From the NCBI GenBank assembly GCA_046563655.1, contig CM102287.1:8742001-8806000 (forward strand): a stretch of 64,000 bases of DNA. The letters run 5' to 3'. Below are positions 11,528 to 23,776 of the stretch, in pieces. Under the pieces are notes generated by a model, which made no database searches, was not told the DNA's origin, and was given only the letters and a program-made list of their open reading frames with translations. Within the stretch, counting starts at the first letter, position 1, and each line of letters begins with the position of its first letter. Source of the DNA: Yuukianura sp. NJ FZ-2021. Taxonomy: Eukaryota. Both the position numbers and the translations under genes were made by a program.

Positions 11528-13770
11528 ATGGCGCCTAGTCGTCAGTGGTACTCCGGTTATGTCAAAAGCTTTATACTTTTGGCATGGACGGGCATCGCAA
11601 ACGCTTACAAAGGTTGGCATGGTCTTCATCACGGATGGTCTGCTTTAGCTGGTCTGGGTGGACTCGGATGGCCGGGATTAGCTGGATATGGTCTGGGAGG
11701 ACTCGGGTGGGCGGGGCTTGGACTCGGTGGCCTTGGACTATACGGTGGTTCATACTTACTACCAGGAATGCTGTCACTCCTGGCAACACCGCAGTTCGGT
11801 GTCGGAATTTTTCCATCACTGTGTCTCCGTGTCCTACTGTGCAAAGCACGACTCATGGTGTACGGTCCGGTGGGACTCGGAGCGTTCGTGGTCGGTACCG
11901 GTTCGGGACTTATAATTGGAAAACTTCTTGGAATCCGGACGGTACTGAATCACTTTTGGCCCAAACCGCCTAAACCGAGGTATCCATTTGAAGTCAAAAT
12001 TAACGGATGGAGGTCTGGACCACGCGGTTGGCATGGCTGGACTGGCTGGAAGCCATGGCGACTCAAGTTGCGTCTGCCACTGTTCAGACGATTTCGACTC
12101 CACCGAACTTTCCCACCACCACACCACTACGACTTCCATAGTTATCCACCAATCAAGCATGGGTGGAGTCACAAAACGTATGGAACATATTCACATGAAC
12201 CAGAAAGCCATGGGTGGGGCGATGCCACCAGCGAGAGCCACGTTTCAAGTTCAGGGTGGAAGCAGGGGCGTGGCCCTGTTAGTTCCAGCTACGAAAGCAC
12301 CAGTAGTCACGTGTATACTCCGCACGATGATCACGGACACACGGATATCAAATACGAAGGTGATCAAGGCTACGCACATTGTAAGTTGCCTAAAAGTTTG
12401 GGAGTTTGCGTTATAAATAATTTATAAAATTTATAGAAATTATAGAAAGTATAGAATTTATAGAAAGTATAGAATTTAGTTAGCCACGCCCCTTCCTCTA
12501 ACCCGCTTTGTTACGGCTCCCGTGATTGGTTGATTTCAAATCTATGACGCCACTTTCAAAACTTTTCTCATTTATGGAACTTATATGGTTATAAATTTTG
12601 TAAATCCGAAAAGTTTGAAAAGTGACGTCACAAATTCTACACTTTCTATAAATTCTATAATTTATTTGTAACGCAAACTCCCTGATAATTTTTTTTTAAA
12701 TTCGGATTTTCCAAAATTTGAAATTTTTACTGAAATTTTCCCCACTTTTTTCAGATTCTACTGATCCTGAGCACAGCGCTTCAGAACGGTCATACCAACG
12801 CTACCGAAAATCAAGCAACGACGCAGTCAATGTCCAAGATCTTCTTCGCGCAGAAGTACTCAAGATGAAGTCAGACAAATACAAACCAACCTCATCCAAG
12901 GAAGAGGAAGCCATGTTGAACGACCTGTTCAACGAACAATTTGCCAAAGACATTGCCGATACCATTCAGGAAGGGAAACTACCCGAATTCAAACCAATTC
13001 CTACTGAAGAGATTGACCCCCTCCTGCTCAATGAAACAGTCACCGAACCGCCAAAATCTAAAAACAGTACCGAGTCGGATCCGGGAGACGATTTGGTCAA
13101 ACTGAACCGACAATTGGCGGATAACTTGTTTTCAAATGTCATGAATTCTATCAAAAACTTCAATCCTCTTACCTTTGTTCCGGAGACGATCGTATCATGG
13201 CTCACGGGAACCGAACCGGACAGTGTCGGTTCTGGATCGGACCAACAGCGTGCAAAACGTGGAACTGGAAATGAAGTTAATGTGGATCACATCACAAAAT
13301 CTATTGTCAAAGATATCAAAAATCTGTTCAGTTTCATTTCGTTTCTGGACAGAGGTCAATGTCTCGAAAAAATGGTTTGTGAAATTCATAGTCGTGGGAG
13401 AGAGTTCACTGCTCAGCAAATTGCTAACAGTTACGAAGGAAATATCATAACTGCATTCAAGTAAGCCATCGTTTTTGAAAACGGTTTACATTTTTGATTG
13501 AAATTTTGAAAGTTTTTATTGAAATTTTGAAACTTTCTAATTTGGTATGATGTTTTTAGGATTATGGAGTCCATTATGCCGGATGAGCAGGATGCGGGTG
13601 TAGTCAAGTACCGAGAGGCAGCTCGTCTTGGCCAAAAGAACGAAAAACCTGAAATTTGTTTGAAAAATTACTCTGGTTGTGTCATTAGTACAAATCGATT
13701 AATAAGACTCGGAAGTCTTATTGAAGGAACTCCTACACAGGAAGACCAAGAACCGGCAGAAAAAGCTTAA
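11528..13770 (+). CDS. Secreted Gly/His/Trp-rich protein with C-terminal DM4/DM12-like domain; 3 exons (11528-12380, 12755-13460, 13560-13770)
   Basis: Splice phases verified in frame. Signal peptide, GLGGLG repeats, His/Ser-rich stretch. C-terminal GQCLEKMVCEI ... YREAARLG ... C ... YSGC pattern is typical of arthropod DM4/DM12-like domains. Confidence 0.72.
12400..12682. mobile_element. Foldback-type MITE in intron 1 of the DM4/DM12-like gene
   Basis: TIR GGGAGTTTGCGTTAYAAATAA ... TTATTTGTAACGCAAACTCCC, TATAGAA tandem subrepeats and an internal inverted pair (TGACGCCACTTTCAAAACTTTT / AAAAGTTTGAAAAGTGACGTCA). Confidence 0.8.
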
Positions 13771-14964
13771 AACCTTGTTCATTGATTCGAATTTTCAAAA
13801 ATGTAAACTTTTCAAATTTTGACAAATTTGAAAAACGAATACTTTAGTATGATTAGAATACACTAGGTTATGAATATTTTTTGAAATACTCTTCCTTGTT
13901 AATCGTCTACATTTTAGTTTTGGCTTAATTAACATTCGTTAAAATTTGTCAGACTAAACAGTCAGGTTTTTAATTTTTCTGTGAAACAATTTTTGTGTTA
14001 CGTCGAGAAAAGTCGAAGTAAATTTCAAGGTTAGTTTATGGCCAGAAGAACGTTTCCTGAACAGGCTGGGCTTTCCATGGAAAAATTCCAGTAGCGTAGC
14101 ATAAAAAACTGTCTTTCCAATTGGAAACTTTGTGAAATTAAAGTTTTCTTCAAACACCAATTTGACCTTTCAATAGTTTCATTTTTCATAAATTTCATAT
14201 TCACATTCGTATCTTTCTCGAATGAGCTATTATTTCCGCAAAGTTCAAATTCTTGAAACACTGAAAATATTTTAAAAGTTTCACAAAAACCTAATCTATT
14301 CCTTAAGAAGTTGCAACAGATCGCAATTTATGCGAAAAAAAATACAGGATGCTTAAATTGAGAATCAGTGACGTGAGTATCACAGACCGTAAACCAGTTT
14401 TTACTAACCTATTACGCAGAATCATACAAGTATGTGATCATTTGCACGTACACTTTTCTCATAGTAACATACGATGGCATGGGAAAACCCAAACACGAAC
14501 CTTGGACAAGTTCCCTTTCCTTCTATGAATCACTAAACAACTCAATTATTCCTTATTAGTTAATTAACTAAAAACGATTCCTGAAAAGGATGGTGATGAG
14601 ACATAACATTTTCTATGCAAAAAGAATCACTACATGAAAAAAACAGCTTTTGCAATGATTTGTGAATTTTATGTAATTGTAATTTTATTTTATTATTGTT
14701 GTATTTATAAATCTTACGTCTTTACTGGTATTAAAAAGTTGTTATAAAAATTGCTTTTTTAACTCCGTAGTTTTTTTTGAAGATGAAAACAAAGTACTAA
14801 AAACAATTGGCCTTGAACTAGGAATTTACGTCTATTACAGGCTGTGATTCACGACAACTATTTCAACTTTTGAATTTTTTTTTCTGAATTTCAAAATTTT
14901 GGTAGTTTTAAATCAGCCATCTCAACCCGTTATTATAAAAAATTATGAAAAGTAAATTTAAATT

Positions 14965-16099
14965 TTATGAGCACATCATTTTCATGGAAGATCGCTTTCT
15001 GTCCAGTCTTCTTGGTCTGTACGGTCTCTCCATAGCTCCATTCCAATACCCTGTATAATCAGAAACAACTTTCAAAATTTTGATTTCAAATTAAAATTTT
15101 GAAATTAAAAGTGTTTCATGTTAAAAACTTACAGTCATAAGGAAGATTCCTCTCTACAAGTTTAGGAATAAACTCGGTATCAAGCGCTTCGTGATCTTCA
15201 ATATTCCCTCCAAGAAATTTTGGCAAAATGTCTGGAGATAGGGCTTTCGCAAGGTCATTCACACTCGAATGGAAGAAGATTCGATCTCGAATTTTTTGCG
15301 GAAGAAACTGTACTCCAATTTTGTAAATTGGCCAAAACAGGGCTGACGCATTGAGAACATGCAGTCCTGCCACTTTGATCGGAAACATTTGCTAAAAAAT
15401 TTAATAAACACATTAATTTTAATTTTGATCAAAAATTTAAACATAAAAAACTGAAATGGTTTTGTTTTTCAAAAACTTTTTACTCACCAGCCCCACTCTA
15501 ATTGCAAATCTAATTTCAGAGATAGTTGCTTGTCGAATTTGAGAAAAACTGAGTCCACTGACATCAATAATGCCAATTGCTCCGTTCAATTGCAAATTGG
15601 AGTCTTGGAAAATTTCTTCAACTATAAATGCTGCCGAATGCTCAACATCACGTAGAGAAGCAATTGAGGTGTTCCAATGACTCACTCGAGCATGTAAGAT
15701 TCTTGCTCCATTGAAATTGTGTTTCAAGAGATGTACAGCATCCATGTTGTAAGCGTCGGTAAATTTTTGAGGGCAAAGTCCTTCCACAAGACGCATGTTT
15801 TCTTGCAAATTTTTGTAATATTTGTTGTAAGCTATAACAGCTTTATCCACGTCGTATCGTTTGCAACGCACAAATTTTGCTATAAATGGTCCGTCTGTTC
15901 TTCTCGCTAACGGAAATTCAGTTTCTGTTGACACAATGCAAAAGAAAACAATAAATTTCAAAGAAAATGAATTTTGACATTTCAGAAATTTGGAACTTTT
16001 GAAATTTTCAAAACAAAAGGTACCTAGGACGCGTTGGCGCACAATTTCAATCAGTTCGTTCATTTTCTGTTCAGATGGATGCTCAACTATGGGCTCCAT
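14965..16099 (-). CDS. CRAL-TRIO (Sec14) lipid-binding protein, alpha-tocopherol transfer protein/clavesin-like; 4 exons
   Basis: FIAKFVRCKRYDVDKA (CRAL-N), GAIGIIDVSGLSFSQ, FPIKVAGLHVLN, KIRDRIFFH and ILPKFLGG motifs; final exon joins in frame. Confidence 0.9.
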
Positions 16100-16480
16100 G
16101 ATGTGATTGTTTTTCAATTTATAATTATTTATTAATTACAAATTCACAAAGATTAACTTTGAGTTAAATTTTTAGTAATGTTGTAATGTTTTCAGAATTT
16201 TAAAAAGTGAGGTTTCAAGTTGTATGTGAGCTTAGGTATTACTTTTTTAAGTTTCACAATTTGAGTGATCTGTAGTTAGGAAGATGTTGTGGCCCTTTAT
16301 ACTGGAAGGTGTGTAAAAACCAGTTGTTTTTGTGCTTGCGTCATGTAGTAATGTTAAAAACATTGGACCCTCCATTGGCTATGTATAACGTCATCTTTTC
16401 CTCATTTCAAGTCTTTGCAAAATTCCCACAATTTAAATTGGCAAGTAAATTGTGGGGCCACGGTCAAGTTTACACATTAC

Positions 16481-16693
16481 CAGAGTTGTCAAAAATATGT
16501 GCTAAAAACCCTGGTAAGGACAAAAAAATATGTTTCTTAAAAATCACCCAAATATTTACTTATTTAAGAATAATTGGCACGGATTAAGATTAAGATTTGT
16601 TGCAAAATAAATAAATATTTAGCAACAAAAACACCTTAAATATTTTTTTGTTCACATTACGGGCATGGAGACTAAATATGTTTGGCATCCCTG
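16481..16693. mobile_element. hAT-type MITE
   Basis: Termini CAGAGTTGTCAAA ... TTTGGCATCCCTG, flanked by a perfect 8-bp TSD CACATTAC (16473-16480, 16694-16701). Confidence 0.85.
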
Positions 16694-17689
16694 CACATTA
16701 CACATGTATATCAGATGTATTCTTTGTGTAACAAGTAATTGTAAGTACTACAGAGTCTAATGCGATGTATGGCCTCATCGGAATTTTGGAAACGCAAAAG
16801 AAATGATACAAAAAATTAAAAACTCGTTTTTAAAAATTAATACGAATAATGTTTTACACGCGATATAAAATGACCTTGGATGAGGTGGGACTTCCAAAAT
16901 TTGATATGCATAAAATTGAAACTTTTTTTTTTGTAATTTAGCCATGTCCATGACACGTTGGTGGTTGAATTACGTCAATGGAATCATAATGATGTTATTT
17001 TTATTATTTTTTTTTCGAAAGATCAATAATTTTTGTAGAAACTGGTTTTGGAAATCATCAGCCCTTCGTTCATCTTATGTACGATTTTGCAATTTAGCAT
17101 GCACTTTGCCTTAAAAAACAAGTTTGTTTGCAAAGATTGGAAAAACCTTTACTTTGACAATACTTTATTTTGCAACTGTAACCTTGAAATTTCGACTCGT
17201 GTAAGTGGCTAAGGAAAGACAAAAATAAGTCAAGATAATTGAAAAAAATTGTTTATAAAATGGAATTGTAGACAACATTTTAGATTCGTTAAAATCTTAT
17301 TAGTAATTTATTCAAATGAAGAATTGAATTCCACTTTCTCTTTATGTAAATTCTCCATTTTCATTTTATGTTATAAGTCTCATAATTTTGTTTTTCTTAT
17401 AACTGTTTATATTATCAATTCGCTTCTCTTTGACAAAAATAGGGATGATTATATAATTCATGCTTTCAGACTTTTGCTTTTTAGATTTTGCAACTTACTT
17501 AATTGACTTCTCATGTCAGTCTCCCTGCTTTTATACTTTTTACTTTCCATTCCAAATGGCTAATAAAATTTTAAATTGTTTTCAGCAAAACCTTCCTATA
17601 AACAGTTTTCATATTTTTGGTTCATTTGGTTGTGTGGAACCAATTTTTGCCGGGTTAGAACAAATTGTTGACGGAAAGGTTGGGACATC

Positions 17690-19567
17690 ATGTCGCTCAT
17701 GACTCAAAACACATGTATTTGGCTCGATAAGTGTTTGGAACCTACGAGATGGATGGGTGTAAATCGCATACAAGTTACACCTAAAGGAGAGTACTTTCTT
17801 GACTCAAGTGTTTGGCTAAAAATTAAATTTGTTTTCACTCACTACTTTTTCATGACCGTTGGAAGAGCTATACTCGTGTGGATCTTATGGTGTGCCAACA
17901 CATTGTTTCAACGAGGCGAATTGTCAATGGCTTTATGGGTTGGATATTTTGCTATGATAGGTTTACATTTTACGGGGATCGCTGGAGACATGATCATTTG
18001 GGGACATGATGCTGAAGTTGTATATTTGGCCAATCGTTTTCGTTGCCTTCTGAACTATATGCACCGTAAGTTAACTTAAGTTGGTTGAAGAGAATTAAAA
18101 TTGTACTGATTGTAACCACCCAGTGTAACTCGTGCATTTTACCTTTGTTCTTATACTTTTTCAATAGAATCATACACCAAAACTAAAGGTCAGCTAAGGT
18201 CAGACGCAAAAGCGGAACGAATGATACAGAAACTGTTGAAATCTCTTAAGATCGCATTATACTTTTGGTGTTTTGCATTTCTTTGGATACCGCTAATTTT
18301 TTGGAAGGACTTTTGGGCTTTATGGAAATATGCTTTTACGGAGCCCGTAGCTGCCCTGAGAGGTGAGAGTATGGGGGGAGATTTTCTCATAAACAACAGG
18401 ATTTTCTGCGCAACAGGAATGCCAAAAAACATTTGCGGAGAATCCTGTTGCGTAAATCGTGACAGTCGATTCCCGTTACGAAAAATTCTGACAGTCGTTG
18501 CAAAAATTCCTGACAGTGAATTTCTGTTGCGAAAAATGACACCAGAACGTTTCGTCCGCCCCGTCCGTTTCTGGAAGAACAGAAAATGACTATCAGCATT
18601 TTTCGCAAGAAAATGGCTGTCACGATTTTACGCAACAGCATTCTCCCCAACTGGAATTGCCCGTTTTTTTTTTTTGGTATTCCTCTTGCGGAGAAAATCC
18701 TGTCGTGTCTCAGCAAATCTCCCCCCATATGAGAGCACTATAAAAAGAAATATTGATGTATTGGGAATAACTTTTTTTTTGGCTACAGTATTTTCGTAGA
18801 ATCAAAAAATTTCGTCTATTTTTTTTTCAGGAAAACGGGCACCAATCGAAGTGTCAATTTTTCTGTGCGTAACCGTAGGTTATGCAGCATACGTCTACGT
18901 CTACGTAGTTCACTTGATCAGACCATATTTGCTTGCGCTCTTGTGCATTTTAACTGAACACGGTCCAATCCAGATGCTAAACAACATAGGGTATGCGGAA
19001 TTTGGTATTGAATAGTTACAATATTTAAAGTAATAATATCTGCGTCATTCAAGGTATCGATCGGAATTGTATGACTTAAAAACGTATGTTGCAAATCCAA
19101 CCAATGCGATACGGATTTACAAGGAGTTGTTTATAATTATGGAAAAGGGGGTTGGGATCACTTCCTACCCACTTGCAGTAGTGCAAGGCAGCACTTTGGC
19201 GCTGGCATGCGCTACTCTACTTCTTGCATGCACAAACACAGTTTCACCAATTCTGCGCGTTGTTGGGCTCGTTGGTATTCTGACTGTCGCTACCGCCATG
19301 GTTTCGTATCTCGCGAGCACTGCGACACTCAACGTCCGAAGCAGTGCACTCATTCACAAATGGAAGCGATTTGAACTATACAAAAGGGCTAAGGGATTCA
19401 CTGATCAGAAAGCCCTGGATGCGGCAAATGTAATGAACCGGGAAATAAAATTTTTACAACCAATCAGAGTGACTGTAGGGGAGTCTTACCCAATCAGCAA
19501 TAGAAGCGGAATAGAGTTCATCGACAATGTTATAGATAAAACGGTAGTACTGATGTATGGATTTTGA
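17690..19567 (+). CDS. Divergent GR-like multi-pass chemoreceptor; 4 exons
   Basis: All three introns checked in frame. Multiple TM segments; C-terminus QPIRVTVGESYPISNRSGIEFIDNVIDKTVVLM has the architecture of GR-superfamily C-termini. Confidence 0.7.
18370..18729. mobile_element. MITE with 6-bp TSD and TAT..ATA termini (IS3EU-like), in chemoreceptor intron 2
   Basis: Imperfect TIR of about 55 bp, TATGGGGGGAGATTT ... AAATCTCCCCCCATA, with TGAGAG direct repeats at 18364-18369 and 18730-18735. Confidence 0.8.
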
Positions 19568-20125
19568 ACAGAGTGGTAAAATGTAGGCTAGCTAACGGCC
19601 ATACAAAGCTTTTCACTAACTGCTGCTAAGAAAATTTGTCTACCTTACCTAGTTACAACGCACACTTACATCATACATGATGCAAAGTTTAAAAACTTAA
19701 AAGCCAACATTATTCGAAATGATAACTTACTGCACTTGAGAATAATCAAAACGCCTTTGAGTTATGGGTGATTTTAATATTAAACTAATTATTATATTAT
19801 GTTTCATTTTTTCAAGTTAATACGCTTTTGTCTCCAAATTTTCATTTTGGTTATTGATTTTTTACTAGAAGAGGAAAGTAGAATGTCTTACCATCATAGC
19901 ATGTTCACCTAACTGAAAAAATTGAACACACGGACAGTCGCTCAAATGTATTCAAAAGCTTAACCATTTGGATATCGCTTCATTTAAGGTTTTTAGAAAG
20001 GAACCTTGCGCGAATTCGTCCGTGGAATTCGACATGCACATTAAAGATAAGCGTGCCATTTTTTGATTTGTTCAAACACAAAAGCTTGAAAAGTGTCATT
20101 TTGTTTAATGTCAGAGGTTTAAGAA

Positions 20126-20647
20126 ATGATCTCTTCCATTGCAGTCTGTGTAACTCTCACTGCTTTGTCAGCTAGAACAAGTGGTGAGACATGTTCAAAA
20201 TTTTTTGAAGAGCTTTTTTATACTAAATTTTTTCAACAATTAAGTTTTAAGGTTTCTGAACACTTCTTAGCGCTTGAGTGCTACGTTTGTGGAGCAAACA
20301 TGACGGAGATTGGCGCAACACCGGACCCAGCCTGCGGCGATCCCTATGAGCGGAATGCCGCCCATCTCATGACATGCGATGTCGCAAATGTATCAAACCC
20401 TCGCGTAGGTACGAACGCATGCACAAAGTTCAGAACGGAAGAATGGGGTGTGGTCAACGTTGTTCGTTCTTGCATAGCAACTAGAAAAGAACTAACAGTG
20501 ATATGTACTGGAGACATGAGCAAAACGGGTGCCAGGTTCTGCGTCTGCGCAACTGACGGATGTAACTTCGCAGGTCCTAGTATTGGAACCAGCATGTCTC
20601 TCCTTCTATATATATTACTAATCATATTACATATTCTGAACTACTAA
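20126..20647 (+). CDS. Ly6/uPAR three-finger protein (quiver/sleepless-like), GPI-anchored; intron 20184-20270
   Basis: Signal-peptide exon, then LECYVC ... CTK ... VVRSC ... CVCATDGCN and a hydrophobic tail. Confidence 0.88.
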   Translation: MISSIAVCVTLTALSARTSGETCSKFFEELFYTKFFQQLSFKVSEHFLALECYVCGANMTEIGATPDPACGDPYERNAAHLMTCDVANVSNPRVGTNACTKFRTEEWGVVNVVRSCIATRKELTVICTGDMSKTGARFCVCATDGCNFAGPSIGTSMSLLLYILLIILHILNY

Positions 20648-21367
20648 GATATTACCTACCATTGCATATTTGAGGTTTCGCATATTGTGACACGGTTGGA
20701 ATAAAAATTTTGCGAATTTAGTCTGTTACTCACGATACATTGTCTGTATTGCACAAAGCTATGAAATTTATTCGAAATACACTTCTACTAACCTAAAATA
20801 ATAAAAAAATTACAAAAGGAAAAGTTCTCTATACCTCGACTACTTTTGGCTTTTTGTTAAAAACCGATCTTCGACACGAATTTCCAAAAAATCCTTGTTA
20901 GAATCTTTCAAAAAAAAATTGAGCTCAAAATTTGTCCATTTTAAAAAATTTCGAAAACGTGCATTAGGAAGGCCAAATGTTGAAAACCAAAAAATAACAT
21001 TATAGATTTATGCAGAATCGTGTTGAAGCAAATATTCTTGTGTCCAAAACTATTCAAAACTTTTGGAAGTTGACCTGGAGCGTGATATGTCAAACGGTAG
21101 CATGTTAGAAAAACTAAAAATTCAGCTTTAACCTTGGACTTAGTTGTAAATAATTTAAAAAGTTTTGGCTCATGGAAGATTTTCAAATGCTAACTTCCAA
21201 TACATCCTGACCAAACATGATCATGCAAACCAACAAAACCAAATTTTACTTAACATCACGAACCAACCAACTCTTGTTCAAATCAACTTTACATCTCCAA
21301 GAAGAAGCTGCTACTTCAAAATTTCCAAAAAATTGAACACAACAAAATTTATTTCAAAAACAACAGA

Positions 21368-21875
21368 ATGATGCTCTCTATCGGAACTTGCTTCGTTCTA
21401 CTCACGTCGGTGCTGTCTGTTACAAACGGTAAGTCACCAAAACCTTCTGCGTATTGTTCAGTTACAAGTCAAAACTAAACGTAATTTTTTTTCAGCGATC
21501 AAATGTTACCAGTGTGGTATAAAAGACCTGACTACTGCTCCTGGTACAAAGCCTGTTGAAGCTTGTGGAGACCCCTACAAGCCAAAAGATGAGGACTTGA
21601 AGCCCTGTCCCGAATTGAGCGCAAAAGATTTTAAAGACCAAGTGTCGGTTTGCACTAAAATGAGATTCGAGGACAAGGGGAAGGTCAACGTCTATCGAGG
21701 TTGCGTTCCTGCTCCCAAGGGGGCAGCCCACACATGTGTGACGCCTGCAAATCAGAAAAACACTAAGCATTGTACATGTGACACGGAGAAGTGCAATGAC
21801 GCAACTACAACATGGACCGGAACTACCCTCATCCTGTCTCTAGTTCCTGCGTTAACACTAATCACTTTCAACTAA
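21368..21875 (+). CDS. Ly6/uPAR three-finger protein, paralog 2; 2 exons
   Basis: Signal exon with a phase-1 intron; IKCYQC ... CTK ... YRGC ... CTCDTEKCN and a hydrophobic tail. Confidence 0.88.
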
Positions 21876-22894
21876 ACAGGTTGCAAGGAATTATGCGGGT
21901 ATGAGGGGAGAAGTGTGGGGAAACACAAAAAAAAATCAAGGATTTTGGCACTTAAGATTATTAGTTTGACAACACATGGCCGCAGTAGGTTACAATTTTG
22001 AGAGAAAATGTACCAATTTCAAAAATAGTGTGTTAAATACTCCGAAATTTTAGAAAATCTGCGTGTATAGAAAAAATGTTTGGGCAAAAGTGTAGGTTTA
22101 AGCTGTATTCCTGTAAGCGTTAATTCAAATTTCAAATAAAATTTGCCTTTTTTCCTGTTGAACGTGTTTCGACAAAAGAAATTTTATAAAAACGTTTTAC
22201 GCATTACTAAAGATTTCATAAATTCCTTATGTGGGATTTTGAAAAAGGATTTGATGAATATTTTTTTTCAATTGTATGTACATGTAGATTACTAAAAAAA
22301 AAGTTCTCAGAAAAATTGGATTTCCGCCGCCATTTTGGCACGAGGCGTTCAAATTTTGAATTTTTGATGTTTATGAAATATTTATGAGGTGGTCGTGGTC
22401 GAGGTCAGAGGTTTGAACTTTTTTGTTTTGAAAAAAAAAAATAGACATCATGTGATAAATTTTGGACACTTTTGAATAATTAATTAGAAGATGACGGCTT
22501 CAAAAAATTTAGCAAAATTTCCGTTGTAGTTTTTAAGAAAAAAAAGAACAGGCATTTCCAATTTCTTTCCAAATCCATTTAGAATTACACCGTGGGAATT
22601 TGGTTCTCATGATTTTCATAATTTTCTAAGAAAAAAGTTTCTCCTTTCAATTTATTTCCGCTTATTTAATAAGAGTTACCATGGAAACATCCGGGCTCAT
22701 GTTTTACACAACTTTAGGCTCTAGACGTTCATGTTTTGAACTTTTTTTCTTATGAAATGAGTCATGAATGTTCATTCCGAGCCAACGCCTTTGCAAACAT
22801 GCGATCAATAAATTGTGTTCAATCATGTTCAAACCAATTTAACTTTTTCAACTTTTGAACTACTTTTCTAAAAATTTGTTGTTGAAAAAAAAAC

Positions 22895-23436
22895 ATGATT
22901 GTGCCTGTCTCAACTTGGGTAATTCTCATCTACACTCGGATATTAGTCATATACGGTGAGTAATTCGCAAAATGTTTTTGATGAAAAGTTTCTAAGCATC
23001 AAAGAATACATAAATAGGCACAAGTTTTTGAAAATTTTGATTTTTTTTTGAAAATTTTGAAAATGTGTGAACAGCAACTGACGTGTGTTACGTTTGCGGA
23101 GGTGGGGATGCTGTTGACCCTAGCTGCCTTGATCCTTACAAACCAAATGCTTCGCACGTCAAGCTGTGCTCTAACACTGGAGTCAAGCTGAAAAACAAAC
23201 AGCAACTGTACTACTGCGCCAAGTACAAAACGGAAGTAGGGGGCGTGGTCAACATCACTCGTAGTTGTATCAATGTGACCAGGGGAGCAGAAGAAATCTG
23301 TCTAGGTCGAAGGCCTACAGCCTCTGGCGGTGTGCGTTGCGCATGTCCAAAGAAGAAGTGTAACGACGCAGCGTCCAATTCCATTAGCGTCACTCTCTTT
23401 CTCATTCTAACTTTTGAGCTTATACAACTGACTTGA
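22895..23436 (+). CDS. Ly6/uPAR three-finger protein, paralog 3; 2 exons
   Basis: Signal exon with a phase-1 intron; VCYVC ... CAK ... TRSC ... CACPKKKCN and a hydrophobic tail. Confidence 0.85.
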
Positions 23437-23776
23437 CTAAAATCTTTTTATATTAATGCTCAGTTTTCAAAATATGACAAAAAATTATGAACCAGTTTTT
23501 TCTGACATTGCTACACTGCTTCAATATTTTAATTATATCAACATTGACTTAATTAGTTAATTAATTTATAAGTATGCATCATTCATAAAGTAAGACATAA
23601 GTTAAAGTAAACTAAAAATTGTTTAAAAAACTGAGATTTTTTTTTCAGATTTTGGAATTATGAGGGGAAAACCATGAGATTGGAAATCAAAATGTAGGTG
23701 ACTAAATTTTAACTATGTAACTTAATTCTACAAATTATTTACATGTTTATATATATATAACATAATTTATTGTAAT

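Noticed and set aside
14965..16099. CRAL-TRIO gene as a carrier in a terpene biosynthetic cluster
   Set aside because: It lies about 20 kb from the terpene gene with unrelated genes between, and the family is widely expanded in arthropods; no sequence evidence of linkage.
18363..18728. ORF extensions 18221..18589 and 18387..18728 as a transposase or protein
   Set aside because: Chance read-through into a 360-bp non-coding MITE; no DDE motif visible.
21895..22600. Possible transposon fragment between Ly6 paralogs 2 and 3
   Set aside because: Repeat-like composition, but I could not define TIRs, a TSD or a second copy in the window.
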